From: Raillietiella orientalis
Taxonomy: Eukaryota
Assembly: GCA_036172245.1 (NCBI GenBank)
Contig: JAYWIR010000033.1
Location: 1,736,001 to 1,800,000 of the forward strand
Direction: 5' to 3'
DNA length: 64,000 nucleotides
A program made the translations under genes and the position numbers. Under the pieces are notes generated by a model. The model saw only the letters and a list, made by a program, of their open reading frames with translations, was not told the origin of the DNA and made no database searches. This document shows positions 13,288 to 26,062 of the stretch, one piece after another. Within the stretch, counting starts at the first letter, position 1. Every line of letters starts with the position of its first letter.

Positions 13288-15457
13288 ATATTCTCTTTCT
13301 CCCTTACCTTTCCCGTAACCAAGGAAACGGGACTAGGGAATCTTCAGCACGTTTTCAGGCAGCCTCGCCGCCGACCGGGCGAGCTGGAATCCGTCCGACG
13401 CCAGCTTGCCACAAGAAATGAGCATCCGGGATGATCGAAGCTCTTGCAGATGAGGAGGCCGTGCCAAAAGCTCTCAAAATTGGCTACATCGCGCGTCCAT
13501 CTTTCATGGACATGCACAAACAGGTGCATCAGCGACAGCTCTAGGCGATTCATCTCGGAAGGAGAAGAACTTCCTCACGGGGAAGCGAGGTTTCCCATCG
13601 CGACGTGTGACGTCCCCGTCTCGCCGTTGTCCAGTTCGGATTTCACGCTCGTCTTGGCAACGAACGATGGGAGGGTGTAGGAGTGCCCACTCGACGGAGC
13701 CGCGGCTCTCACTTTGCCCAAGAAGCAGGGTGAGACCAGTCGGTGAGAATTTCCTCAGCAAGTGCCATCGGACGATCTCAGGAAAGCGCGCCAGATTTCC
13801 AGATCGATTTTTCCCCGACAGCAGCTGTGCTCGCAGAAGCCCTTCATGGTCCCCAGGCGACGACGACTGCCCCGCCCTTTCGCTAGGTCGGATCACAGCT
13901 CTGTGCTGGCGGGATTGGAACGGGGAGTCTGAGGAACTTTGTCCGTGAACCCCTGCAGCAGTGAAATTTCTGGAACGGGGGTGGGTGGGAAAGTGCAAGA
14001 AGTGCCCCCCCCACACACACACACACATATACACGAACACACACGGCGCTGGGAAAGGGAGACGTCTCAAGATGATATTTCGAGTGCAGTGCTGGAGTTC
14101 CGTTCATTTCCTCAGCATCTCCTGGTCCCCTCCGTATGAGATGGGGAGGAAAAGAAAGGGACGTTCATAAACAGTTGATTAAGGAAGCGGAGAAGCGCAA
14201 AACTCCTCGAGGTTGCTACGCGTTTCCGCTGATGCTCCCCTGCAGATCAGAGCTTACTCGGGAATAGAAGCACTGTTCCCGTTTCGACGTAGTCGTGCCT
14301 ATTGCACGTGACCCCTGGATAGGCGGCAAGCAGTTTTCTACAGACAGAAGACAAATGGAGACCACAGCTCGCTTCTCCTCTTGACCATTCTCGTGGTGCT
14401 TTCGAGACCAGCTTCCCTTTCTGTTTACCACAAGCAGCTCCTTTAGCGCACTTTGGCACTAAAGTCCATGGTGCGTGGCTGTAGCCGAGCATCCTATGCA
14501 GCTGTAGCCCAATTGATCTCGGTGTTTGAAATACCTGAGTCTTTAGAATTTTCTAGTTCGTTTGTTCCCGAGTTCGCATGCGATCGTTTGCCCTGCAGCA
14601 TCTGTTTTTCGTATCGCCTGGATTACCTGAATGTCTTGACCCCAAACCGCCACCTGCCAATTCCTGTATCGCGAAGAATTTCCTGATTTACCTCATACTC
14701 TCCAAAGATTAAAGCCAACAGCAGCAATGTACGGAATCATGGCGCTGGGTGGGATGCAACTAGGTGCACTGGTCGTCTCATCCTTGTTTTTCATGGTTCC
14801 CACGATCCATGAAATAGTGCTGCAAAAGGGTGGTCAACTGATCAAGCCCTGCCAAGTAATGACCGAGGCCCTAGCCTCAAAAAACTCCCCATCCCAACTG
14901 AATCAATGTATTCTTTGACTCGATGTCATTCGATCCCATAAAGTTGTTGTCTCAAGGTGGAGGCTCCTACAACATGATTTACTTGATCTTTGCTCCTGGC
15001 ATTTCTGGAGTTCTGCCGCGCTCTGTGGACCACGAGCCGTCCGCACGTTTTTTCCCTCCACCATCACGGATTCGCCGGCCTGCAGATGCGGGTTCACGCG
15101 AGTCGTTTCCCCTGCGGGACTCGAACGCTCGGAGGAAGAACGGGGCAGAGACAGCCACGGTCGAGAGTTGCTCAAAATGGAAGATCTTTCGCTGCGCTCT
15201 CGAGGCGATCCACATGGATCGAGAACGTCTGTTTTTTTTTTTTTTTTTTCGCAACCGATCCCCAATTTCTTTTACTCGATCCTGTTTGAAACTCTGGTGC
15301 TTCCCCCTTGTGAACTGCGCATAGCTCCATCTGCATCTTTCAGCTCAATTTTGAATTTCCTCTTGCCTCGAGCGATTCTGATTTCGTTAGAGTTTTTGAT
15401 TTCAATGATAATCCTTCTTATTCAAACTAAACAAAAAATGCTGGCTGTTTCTTGTTC

Positions 15458-15551
15458 AGGTCATGTCGTCGCTTTGCCATTTGGGACGAGGCATTGCCTC
15501 ACGTTTTAAACCACTGTGTGAGGCATTCTCGTCTCTACACAGCGAGACACG
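15458..15551 (+). mobile_element. NeSL/Utopia-like (RLE clade) retrotransposon, zinc-knuckle part left of the nested insertion
   Basis: Encodes RSCRRFAIWDEALPHVLNHCVRHSRLYTARH, matching the CRRC..ETLPHVL.HC....RH motif that precedes restriction-like endonucleases. Confidence 0.8.
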
Positions 15552-16132
15552 TCCGGGGGAGTTGCCTTCCCGAACTGCAAACGGTGCGGGGAAGTGGAAA
15601 CGCTCCCGCACCTGCTCCTGGACTGCGGTGCCCTCCAAGGACTGTGGCGGAGGCTGGCCTCATCTCTCCAGCACCAGGGGGACACCGCAAGAGACTCGAT
15701 GCGCCGCTTCTTCACACCAGGCGGCCTGTCCTTAGGTGCTGTCATCGCAACGGTCGCCATCGACAGGGTCCACCGAGAGCTGGAGAGGCAGGCGATTCGT
15801 CGACAGGCCACCGGAATAGCCGGCGAGAATATGACGTCGGCGACCGAGTGGGCCCATCTTCCGGAAGACGTTAGGAGCGAGATCACCGGCATCCATAGCC
15901 GGTTCTGAAGGAAAGGAACAGCCCAAACCAAAGACCCCTGTCCCCTCCCCTCCCCATATCTTTATTTCTATTCTTTATATGTGTATTTGTGGTCCCCTCC
16001 CTCCCGTTCCGGACTTTCGGTTTACCGACTTGCGTGTCGGGGATCCCTCCATTCGTTTCTTCTGTGTCCTTTGTCCGGAACTCTGTTCCCGGATAGTTTA
16101 GCAATAAACGTCCCGGCGCACCCGGGTGAGAA
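15552..16132 (+). mobile_element. 5'-truncated L1/Tx1-like LINE, family 1 copy B
   Basis: Open frame PNCKRCGEVETLPHLLLDC (zf-RVT knuckle) ...WAHLPEDVRSEITGIHSRF-stop at 15908, structured 3' UTR, AATAAA, terminus GGGTGAGAA. 13-bp TSD ACAGCGAGACACG (15539-15551) / ACAGCTAGACACG (16133-16145). Confidence 0.9.
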
Positions 16133-16145
16133 ACAGCTAGACACG

Positions 16146-16532
16146 GTGGCACTGTCTCACGACTGGAAGTAGCAGCTCAAGATACTGCTGGATGGAAGAT
16201 CTTGGCGGCGAATCAAACTGCTCCAGGCTGCCATTCCAGTCTCAGGCCTGACCCTCTGCTGTACAAGGGAAATAAGAAAATGACTGTCGGTGTCTCCTAC
16301 CCTTTTGAAAATACGGAGGGGGCATTTGAGTCTGCAAGAAAAGGAAAAGAAGTACAAAGGGATACAACAAGGAATTCAGGTTGAAGTTAAACTCATAATT
16401 ATAGGAGCATTTGGAGCATGGGATCCTGGGAACGATGGATTACCTGCGAGAAATGGGCATCCCGAAACTGTATGCAGAAAGGATGAGACCTTATGGGATA
16501 TATATTGGACGCACCGACTAGGGCATTCCTGA
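16146..16532 (+). mobile_element. NeSL/Utopia-like restriction-like endonuclease domain, right of the nested insertion; frameshifted
   Basis: ANQTAPG..SLRPD...VSYPFEN..AFESAR / EKKY...VEVKLIIIGAFGAWDPGND...DIYWTHRLGHS-stop is the characteristic RLE C-terminus of the NeSL/Utopia clade. Confidence 0.85.
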
Positions 16533-18782
16533 TGATGCCATCCAAGGAAGATGTCATTCCAGCACTAGGGAAAGATTATGCATTAGCGAATTGGACAAAG
16601 AGGAAGAATTGATGGAGAGTTGATGAGGACGGGGTGGCGCTCCACACTTTATCCAATGCTACGCTGGTCTCTCATGCAGGTCATGCATGCCCTTGTTCTC
16701 ATAAGGTACCTACAAATTGTAGGAGTTAATGCATCTCGTACTGCCCTGGCTATCTAGTACTCATGAAGCCCTGAACTTGCAACTTCACTTTAAATCTGCC
16801 GTTCTGTGATTCTTCAGGATTTGCGATCCTTGTTGTGGATAGAGGATGGGAATTTCACGCAGAATCGATCTTTCAAACTACCTCGGAGAAACAGTTCTGG
16901 GACTGAATTTCTCTTCTCCATTTTTAGAAAAAAAGGGAAGTCGTATCTAAAAGAAGGGCACAGCAAGCGAGTTGCGTTTAGCAACCCTATTAGGTAGCTG
17001 AGCCAAATTTCCTGTTCGTGTCCGCGGTAGATTGTCGCAGTTACTGTATACTGGATGCCCCTCCTCCTCAGACATGTACACAAATTCTCACGTTGATGGG
17101 ACTTCTGAAAATCATGACAAAAGTGCGTTTTGCTTCATAATTCGCAACCGTAATGCGAGGATTTAATATCGCGCAATCACGCACTGTACCAATGGCGCAG
17201 ATCACTCTTGAAAAACTCACCTGTCTCGCAGTTGCAATAAAATTCAAAGTATTTTCAGAAAGAGAGAGAGAATTGAGGTGAATGGAAACCGAGGCAGACT
17301 CATACTGCTAAAGATTGTCTTTGTCAACTGTTGCAGAGGAGAAGTGCACAAGGATATCCCTGTGCCAAGCCTTCGATTGATAAATCAATTTGAGGAAAGA
17401 GCAGCGAGTTCCTCCATCCCGAAAGAAATGCAATGTTGGATGACGCGGTCGAGAGGCCAGATCCCCCTGACCAGCGCCAGCATGCACCAGCATCTCCACC
17501 GCTGCGTGTCCATGCCATTCGCACCAGCGCCCATCGGGCATCTCTTGTGATCAACTGAGAAAGCGCCTCCCAAGGAGCACACGAATATTCACGCAGCGCC
17601 TGCTCGGAGCGGTGGTTTCCGTCTCGACAGTGCGACGGGCGGGGCACCACTTTGCTGCGGACAGAATTCACAAAGCTGCCAGCATCCGAAGATGAAGTCA
17701 ATACGGAGTCCTGCAGAACCATTCCGCTCAAGGAGGCCGCGAAAAAGAATTCACTCGGTTCCTCGAGACGCAGGCCCCGGAGCATTCTCGCTCTGCGCCA
17801 CATCCGAAAGGACCAGCACACCGAGCAGTGACGTACACAGCATGTGTACGGCAAGCCGACAAGCACATGAGAGAATGCAGGGGCACTGGATATTCGAAGA
17901 TTTAGAACATCTAACCTCACAATGGGAAAGTTCACCTTTGACAGAGAAATACGAAGCGCAGGTTTGCCGCTGCAGCGGAGGGAAGAATTGTGTCTCTTCG
18001 ACGAGGAGGCATCAAGGGAAACGGAGCCGAACATCAGCGTGCATCCAGACGTTTCCGGGAAGAGGAGCAGGAGAAAGTAGGGAAGAGACAAATGAAAATA
18101 TGGTAAGGACAGTGAGAAGACACGCGAAGTACATGTACATAAAATATCCCGCAGCATTGTCACGATATGAGCGCCACTTCCTTCACACCAGAGATCACAT
18201 GCAGCTCTCTGGCTGCCGCTCACCACACGCCGCCCAGTTCTGCCTACTGCCCGTGGGAGCGGCGCTCGCAAGAAGCACCGCTGTCGAATGCTCAGGAGGT
18301 GCTCGACGTGTCAGGAATCTCCTGACGTGAATCCCGGAGCACTGCGAGCGGGAAATTCCAGTTTGGTTGCCAAGTGAACGCAATTGCATAGAGGATGCGG
18401 TCCTGGCTCTCTGGAGGGAAAATCGAGTCATCGCACTCGATGCCCCCACGTGAGAGTTCCGCAACAGCATCGCAGGCAAACGAGGCAAAGAACGCGCACC
18501 TCTTCTTCTGCAGATTACGAGCTTAGGTAAGAGCTTGGGACACCTTGCAAACGAGGAAAAAGACATGAAGTTTTCATTTTCACCGGAGCGTTCATTGTAA
18601 AAAAAAAAAATCTACAAAAAAAATAAAAAGAAATTCATGTAAGATGCCAAAAGAAATGCCTTCCTACCTAGTGGCTTCACATGACCACTACGAGGGGAGA
18701 TGGCTCGGAGGCGCTGCTTCTCGTGTGCAGTTCCCCGATGAAGTCTGCACAGGAAGCGTGGAGAGAGGGGGAACACAATCAA

Positions 18783-18809
<27 letters not shown>
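18783..18809. repeat. (CA)n microsatellite
   Basis: Directly visible. Confidence 0.95.
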
Positions 18810-18813
<4 letters not shown>

Positions 18814-18859
18814 TTTAGTTTAAAACGAGGAGGAAGGCAAGGGATCCCAGATTTCTTCC

Positions 18860-19960
18860 TCGTGTCCTCAGCATCCCCTGGAGGACGTCGGGCAACTTAC
18901 TCGTTTCGTTGGCGGAGATGTGGCGGTCTCGTCGCCTTCCTCATGGAAGAGCAGATGATCTCGATGACCTCATCGTTCGACTGGCCCCTTTCGGCTCGAG
19001 GCCTCTTGCCGCCACGACCCACGAAGGCAGGACAGGGCTGCAAGGGATGCTGCAGGCGACATCGAGCCGCGAGCGAAGAGCCACCGCAAGACCTCTCTGC
19101 CGTTGTCCGTCGGGAGTGGAGGGCCGCAGAGAAGCCTTCCCGGACCCTCAGGAGGGCAACGCAACGTTCTTGCACGTCGCACAGACTGGGGCCGCACTCC
19201 CTCGTGGACTCGTGCGTTGCATGGGGTCGCCCAGTGCAACAGTGCCGAGTCCTACCGCTTCAAGGGGCAGCGTGGAGGTGTCCAAAACACTGGGTGTGTT
19301 TCTGGCTCTTCAGGAGGACTGTCCAGGAGTTCCACGAATTCTGTTGGGGAGGGTGGAAGGGGTACATGCGCCAGCCAGTTGACGGGCTGTCCGGCATCCA
19401 AGCTGCTTCTCTTTTCCCACGATCTCGAAGGATACTTCTCACCTCGCGGGAGCATCGCTATTTCCTCTTTGTCGCATGGTGTTCAGCGTGGCTGCAAGTG
19501 GTGTGTTCCTCTCCCAGGAGGTCTTCCTTGGGCAATCCCTGATTTCCTGCAACCAGCTGCGAGCATAGGTCGAGAATCGCAATCGCATCGCGGTTGTTTT
19601 GGGCTCGTGCCGTTTCTTTCCGCCCACGCCCGAGCTGTTTCCTGTTTCCAGGCAGCAGCACATTCGGCGGCAGGATATCCATCTGTTCTCCTGGATCAAG
19701 GCAGCCATTTGCCGGAGTGGGTGCGTGCATCGGGACAACTTTCGGTGGCCATGCACGAGGAACGCACCGAGTCCCTCGGCGGCGGCTGCTCGCTTGGTCG
19801 GGCGTGGGGCCGGAACGCGCCAATGGGTGGTCTGGAACTTCGCCGCTGGGGCTCATCTTCTACGCTGGAGCTGATGCTCCGTTCTCTCCAGCGTCAGGAC
19901 GTCGAGTGCGGCGTCCCTTCACGACGGACGGAACTTTTACGGGTACGCATCGAAACGAGG
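18860..19960 (+). mobile_element. Decayed L1/Tx1-like reverse transcriptase fragment
   Basis: Motifs in the expected order across frames: GRADDLDDLIV (YADD-like), VSKTLGVFL (KYLG-like), CVPLPGGLPWAIPDF (LP..GGLGIPD-like). Confidence 0.6.
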
Positions 19961-21401
19961 TGATACGCGCCAACGTGAAGTCCGCGGACGCCAGGAGGAA
20001 AGTCGGAAGTCGAGTAAAGGAAATTGCGAAATTACCGAGATGGAGAAGGGTCTTCAGGCCGTCCCGCATCCCATCTGCTTTCTTTTTGATGAGTTTTTCC
20101 GTGCCTTGATCCAGCACAGCAGGGACACTCACTTGAGAGACATCTTGAACCACCGGCCGTATAACTGTTGGTGAGTCTTTGGTCGGATCGTACACAGATC
20201 TTCCCAACGCTCATTGCATGCATCAGCATTGGATTCAGTAACCTACGCACACTGATGCAGAAAAGAGCCTTGGGCTGGATCTAATATAGGAATTCAACTG
20301 AAGCAATTTTTGAATAAGGTGATCCACCTTTCTTCTTCTTCTTTCTCCAGGTGTCCTCATAATATCAACGTGGACTGCAAGAAAATCAACTGAAATAGCA
20401 GCACATGAGGGATTCGTTTCCATAGAACTGCGAAATTTCGGACCTCGGTTTTGACGCAGCCGAAACCTCCGAATCCGCATTCATGTCAGCAGCACGAGGT
20501 CACTGCCTCCTCCATTGAAGAGGAATCCATCGAAGAAAGGGAGAAGAAGTCCCCACTACGGAGGGAATTCGCTCATGGATTGCGTGTTAGTGCCCACTCT
20601 GTGGGGCAGTTGACCGACTAGAGGATCTGCAAGGGCGCCTCCATGCTGCGAGGAATCAAAGCAGGCTTACCATCTGCTACGTGCATCTTGCATATACGCG
20701 TAGCGCGACCCACTGATGAGATGCACCCTCATGAATTCGCCGCCTCCTTCTGGTCCCCTCCCCCTTTGGTTTTCGAAAGAAGTCTTGCCGCTCGAATCCG
20801 GAGACCCTCGCTTCGTGGGTAAAGATGGACGCTGGCTTTCTCAACTCACGAGAAGATCGCGTCAATTTCTGTGTTTTTCGATCGTGCGGGGTCGGACCAG
20901 TCCACTCTCTCTTGGGGGCAGGGTCTGTCGTCATTTCCATAACTTGCCTCACTCGTAGTCTCGACCAACAAGGGACACTACCGTCTAAGAGAGGTTCCTG
21001 CGTCACAGTCGATGCCTCGGGCGATGATTTGAGTACCAAAACTTATCCAACTCTTCTCTCGGAATGCTGCCTAAGGGTAATGAGCTCTTTTAGGACCTCA
21101 CTCTTATCATCCCATTCTGATCACCGGAATCCTTGGACCAGCGCCCAGGATCCCAGTGATCATGCTGATACGGGAGTCCATTCGACTGGGGAGCGGAGTT
21201 CTAGTTTGTATTTGCTTGCTCTCCTTTGCTTCCCTGAGCTCCCGAGAGTTTTCGAACCAGTAGGCACGATGACAGGCCGTTCCTCTACAGCTCCAAGTCG
21301 GTTGTGGGTGAGGAAAATGACCTCTGGGGATGGGCTGACTGCTGGCCGTCAGTTCTCTCAAGAAGCCTTTCAGATAAGCGTTGCTGCTGCCTCGTCGCGC
21401 C

Positions 21402-22261
21402 AGCCGACGAGGTGTGGGAGTTTTCCCGCACCATCGCGGGAAGGACGAAAGCCCTTGGAGCCCGAAAGACGCACGAGTTGGTGAATGTTGCCACAGCTTA
21501 GGTAGAGCGAGCTTTCGAGCGCTGCCCCCGGGGAAACTTGTGGTCCTTCCCCGATGCATGGGCACATTTGTTTCCGCTGTCTCGGAAGCAGGGGCTGTGC
21601 CGCTCTTCCCGCATGTCCCAGCGCGATCAGCGCCTGCACCACGCTCTTGCAGGGGGCTGCATTACCCGAAATTCTGTGCCGAAATTCTGTGCAGTCCAGG
21701 AACTGTGGTGGGGGCTGGCGTGAGAGTCCCTGCACCAGGAGGACGTCAACCGGGACCCGCTGCGGCGGCTGCCTGTGGCCCGACGGACTTATCGACGCGT
21801 GACGTGACGGCGACGGCCCGTCGCGTCCGCGCCTTCGTGACGGCCCGCCGCGCTCTCGAGGAGACGACGCACCACCATGGCAGCCGCCTACATGAGGGCG
21901 GCGGCAAGGTAATCTCACCCTAAAGAGAGAGCTAAGGCGGAAGTCACAGGGATCCAGAGCCGGTTCCGAAGTGAAGGGACGGTCGACGCCTCGTGACCCT
22001 CGTCCCCAGCCCCCTATATTTATTTATTTATTTTGCTTTTTTATTGCCCACTCTCTTTCTCTCCGGACTTTTCTCTCGTATTTCCGCATTTTCTTTTTTT
22101 TTGTTCCCCTTCCCTGCCGTCCTTTTCCGGACTTTCGGATATTCCGGCCTGCGTGTCAGTGGACCTCCCCTGAACCTCGCTTGCCTTCGGCTGGGAACGA
22201 GCGCGTCACCCGGCTGTTTTACTCTCATAAAAGAAACGCCCTGCGCTCCCGGGTGGGAAAA
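21402..22261 (+). mobile_element. 5'-truncated L1/Tx1-like LINE, family 1 copy C
   Basis: CAVQELWWGLA...AAYMRAAAR*SHPKERAKAEVTGIQSRFRSEG; shared UTR hairpins; terminus GGGTGGGAAAA. TSD CCTCGTCGCGCC (21390-21401) / CCTCGTCGTGCC (22262-22273). Confidence 0.85.
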
Positions 22262-22402
22262 CCTCGTCGTGCCTCCTTGAGATGAGGATGCTGGATGCAG
22301 ACGCAGCGGTGCACGCTGCGCGCGGTTGCGTTTCGGGAACTTCGGGATACGGATATGCGCGAGATCGGATTTCGGAGAGCAGCGTCCTTGCTTCCCGGCG
22401 CG

Positions 22403-22860
22403 AAACCCCTCTCGCGATCCTGGGGGGGGACGTTTATCTTGAAAAACAAAACAAAACAAACCACAAGTTCGAGGGGAAAGGAAAAACAGAAAAAGCCAAA
22501 AAAAAGAAGTTCATCCGGGATGATCACCGGCACGCAGACCGGCTTCCGTAAAAGTAGGGAACGGAGGGAGGGGACGATGAATAAAACAAAAAAAAGGAGG
22601 GAGGGTGGGAACAGGCATCCTTGGTTAAAGACGTTCCTTGATTCTAGAAGCGGCTCTGGATGGTGACAATCTCCTTGGAGACTTCTTCTGGCAGGTGAGG
22701 CGACCTTTCTGCAGCCCTCGTAAGGGCTCCAGCTGCCATGCTGGTGGCCTCTCTTCTCCGCCAACTTGATTCCAGCACATGGAGGACTGTCAAGATGGCG
22801 CGGATGCAACCGACTGTTGAGATCACAGCACCCTGACGTTCAGGGCGACCTGGGTTCCCA
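22403..22860 (-). mobile_element. 5'-truncated L1/Tx1-like LINE, family 1 copy D
   Basis: GAVISTVG...SPHLPEEVSKEIVTIQSRF-stop (22644) aligns with copy B. Its UTR has CCGGT-CTGCGT-GCCGG and GATAAACGTCCC. The terminus is diverged and no clear TSD was found. Confidence 0.8.
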
Positions 22861-25800
22861 GGCGGTCGCCCATCCAAGTACTAACCGAGTCCGACGTTGC
22901 TTAACTTCGACCCTGGGTGTGAAGAAGTGCGCCAACTTCCACCCATCATCCATTCAATGGCGCCGCCGAACACCCGTGTGGGATGGCGAGCGCGCGCTCC
23001 ACTCCTCCGGAAAGGGATGGACCCCGGGGAACAGAGGCCAGAGGATGGGGCAGGGGAAGCCATTGCTGCCAGTTCCTCCTTATCAACCGAGATCTCCGGA
23101 CGGATTCTTCGGGGCGCTATTTTCTGTGTCCTTCAGGTAGACCCTACGAAACCTGAGGGATCGTGCCGCTCCGCTATTCCCCGTCCGTTCGGGGTCGAAC
23201 CCACATCCGTTTGGGGTTTTGAGTCCTCCCCCTTTCAGAGACCCGGAGGAATTCTTTCAGGGTCAGCTGCAGTCGGTCTCTGCGCCATCAGTGAGCGTGC
23301 TCTCCTTCTCCTTCTTCCAGGGAGGGCTCTCCGCACCGCCATCCCTTCGGTCGCTTCACCCAGAGGTGGGTCCGATTAGCTCACTCCTCCGTGGTCCATG
23401 AGGTGACTTGCTTTCTTTTTTTTTTTCCTCCTCCCGGCTGAACAGTGAGGGCATGGAGAGAATCCCTCGAAAAAAAAAAAAAAAAGCCGGCGACCCTTCC
23501 CTTTTGCTCGCGGGTGGTCGGCGGAGGTGAGGAGGCAGGGGGAGAATGTGACGACCGTTCAGAGGGGCTGCGGAGAAGCGAGAGGAGGAAGAAGCTGCAC
23601 GGGATACCAGGCGGAGTCGGTCGTGAAGCCATGCGCCGCTGTGGTCCCGCCCGTCTCGTGGGCTCCGCGAGGGAGACTCTTCGAAAAAACCATGCAGCGA
23701 GGAAGGAAGTTGCATCTCCTTCCCCCTTCCGAAGCAGGCGCATGGAAGGAAGCTCCCACCCAAGGTTCCAGTCGGGAAGGGGAGATGGGTCGGTCGCCGG
23801 AAACGGCGCTCCCTGAGCCATAGGGGTTTCGCCATAGGGTTTTCTCCTCGATCCCTTGCACTCTACCTTCGTAGGGGCAAGGGATCGAGGAGTGCCTCTC
23901 CCGCGAAGCGGCAATCGCCGAAACCCGACGCGAGCCCTCCGTTGGAGAGATGCCCGCATGCGCACTATGCTGATCACCGTGCAAGAGATGTGTCCTCCCT
24001 TTCTGGAGGCGTTTTTTTTCCGGAGAGGTCGGCGCTCCTCCGGGTCCAAAGGTGCGAAGGTCCGAGATCTTTCGCATCTCTGGTCTTCCGCCTCGGTCGC
24101 TCGAGACTTCTTGCTTCAGACCTGGTCTCGCGCCGGGGTCTTCATTCGCAGTAAGGAAAGGTGCCCTGGGGTTGCGAACAGGGGGAATATGGGATGCTGC
24201 GGTAGCGCGAGACATGAAACGCAAGCATCTGCCTACTACGGAAATGGGTGGAGACAGGGCCGTCAGAGATTTACGCCGCAGCTCTTCCTTACAGCCTTCC
24301 CGCAATCCGGGCGCCGTGCCTCTTGGTCCCATGTCGGAGTTTGGACCTTGTTGCCACCCTTCGCATCGTGGATGGGATGAAGCGAGTCCGGTGCTTCCTC
24401 TCCCACGCCTCCCAGTAGCGGCTTCCGCAGGGATGAGGCCTGGCTGCCCGGATTTCTCGAGGAGTGGAAGAACCGACCCGAGGAGACCCCCGGATGCAGG
24501 AGGGTTGCCTCCGGTCGTAACCGCCCGCTGCGGAGATCCTCACAGTCCAGCCACCCTTGCGCAGTTGGGGGACGCGTTCTCTCTCGCTGCTTGCCGATTG
24601 AAAGGGAAAGCACCGAAATGTCCAGGAAGATGCCGAGATTGCCTGCCAGCCAGTGTGGCCCTTGTACATTTGATGCGTCGCGTTCGAAATTTCTCGAACC
24701 GATGTCCTGTACACTTCCACCAGATAGGTGGCGTTTCAGATGTTGAGCAGACAAGAACGGATTTTTTATTAATTTAAAAGTGACACGCGGGAAGAATGAT
24801 CAGGCTGGTCCTGCCACATCATCCGATTTGTGACGCAGGAATCCTGGAGTCAGCTGGCCACTGACTGAAGACGTCCTTCGGCGCTTTCCGGCTGACGATC
24901 TTCCAATGGTGTGGAACATTCATCTCCTCCATCGCTGCGATCTCCTCCATCGCTGCGCCTTCTTCTAGGTCGTCGGCGCCACCTGGTGGGTTTCCGTGTC
25001 GGTTGAGTCCGATCTATCGCAGCTTCGCCGAATACATGAGGCATTCACTCGCCGTCTCATCATCTCAGTGGTGCAGCCAAACCGCGGAGGAATTCATGAG
25101 TGTTCGGATCCCAACATCTCAGTGAGAGTGCTGTGAAGACTCACCCTTGTCTGGTAACCCTATTCTAGTCATCTGTCGGGCGGTGTTCCCGAATAATTCA
25201 GCAGATCGGTTCTCTGACTCTTGCTGAATTGCATTGCTGGAGAGCACCCAGGTGGCGTTCACTTTTCCGGAAGTCTGTCTGCCCAATGCAAAGAAGACTT
25301 CCATGCATACTCACTGCCATCTTGCACGGTCACTTTGAAGCAGAAGAGACAACACGCAGCCCTTTCCTGAGCAGCTGCTTGAAGTGACACATGCACAACC
25401 GCGCTGCGCAGTGATCTTCCATCTTCGGAAAGAGAACTTCCCGTGTTGAGGAGACTTCCGAATTCAGAGCGCTTCCTGATGAGAGCTTCTCCTTGGACGT
25501 TGCTTCTCCGATCTTCGTTGCCTGAGTTAAGGGTATCTCGACAAATCTTTCCTCGAGTTATCGAGAATTCATCGCCAGGAGAAACTCCAGGAGAAATTCA
25601 TCACCGACGAGAGACGTTTCGGGGGAGTAGCTGGGCTTGACCATCCATTAAGAGTCCTGTCCTCTGCAGCTCTTGAGGATGGTGCAGAATTAGGAAACGA
25701 AAATTCGGTGAAAGCGAAGTGAGGTAAGAAGGTGAGAAGACAGACTTGACCGACGGTCTTCGAAACGTGTTCGCAGACAGAGGATAGCAAAATCATCCCA

Positions 25801-26062
25801 CAGCTCCATGTAGCTGCTTTCGTTTCTTATCGTAGCCTCACGCAGATACAAGAGGCACTTGACCTCCAGGAAAGGCGACGGGCGCTCCCGCGTTCGCAGG
25901 GAATTTATCCTTCAAGTCGGGCTGCCTTCTATTTGCCTCTCTCTGCCAAGTGAGCAAGCAAGGAGCTAGGAACGCTAGAAGACGTAGAGGGAAGATCGAA
26001 TCTCCGAGGCGACTGAGAATTTTCTCGCTTCCTTTAACACGCTTGCTTACGATTTTCCCGCA

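Noticed and set aside
16108..16132. The terminal hairpin plus GGGTGGAAA as a conserved genomic target site rather than part of the element
   Set aside because: TSDs begin immediately after this motif and the motif is absent on the 5' side, so it belongs to the inserted sequence.
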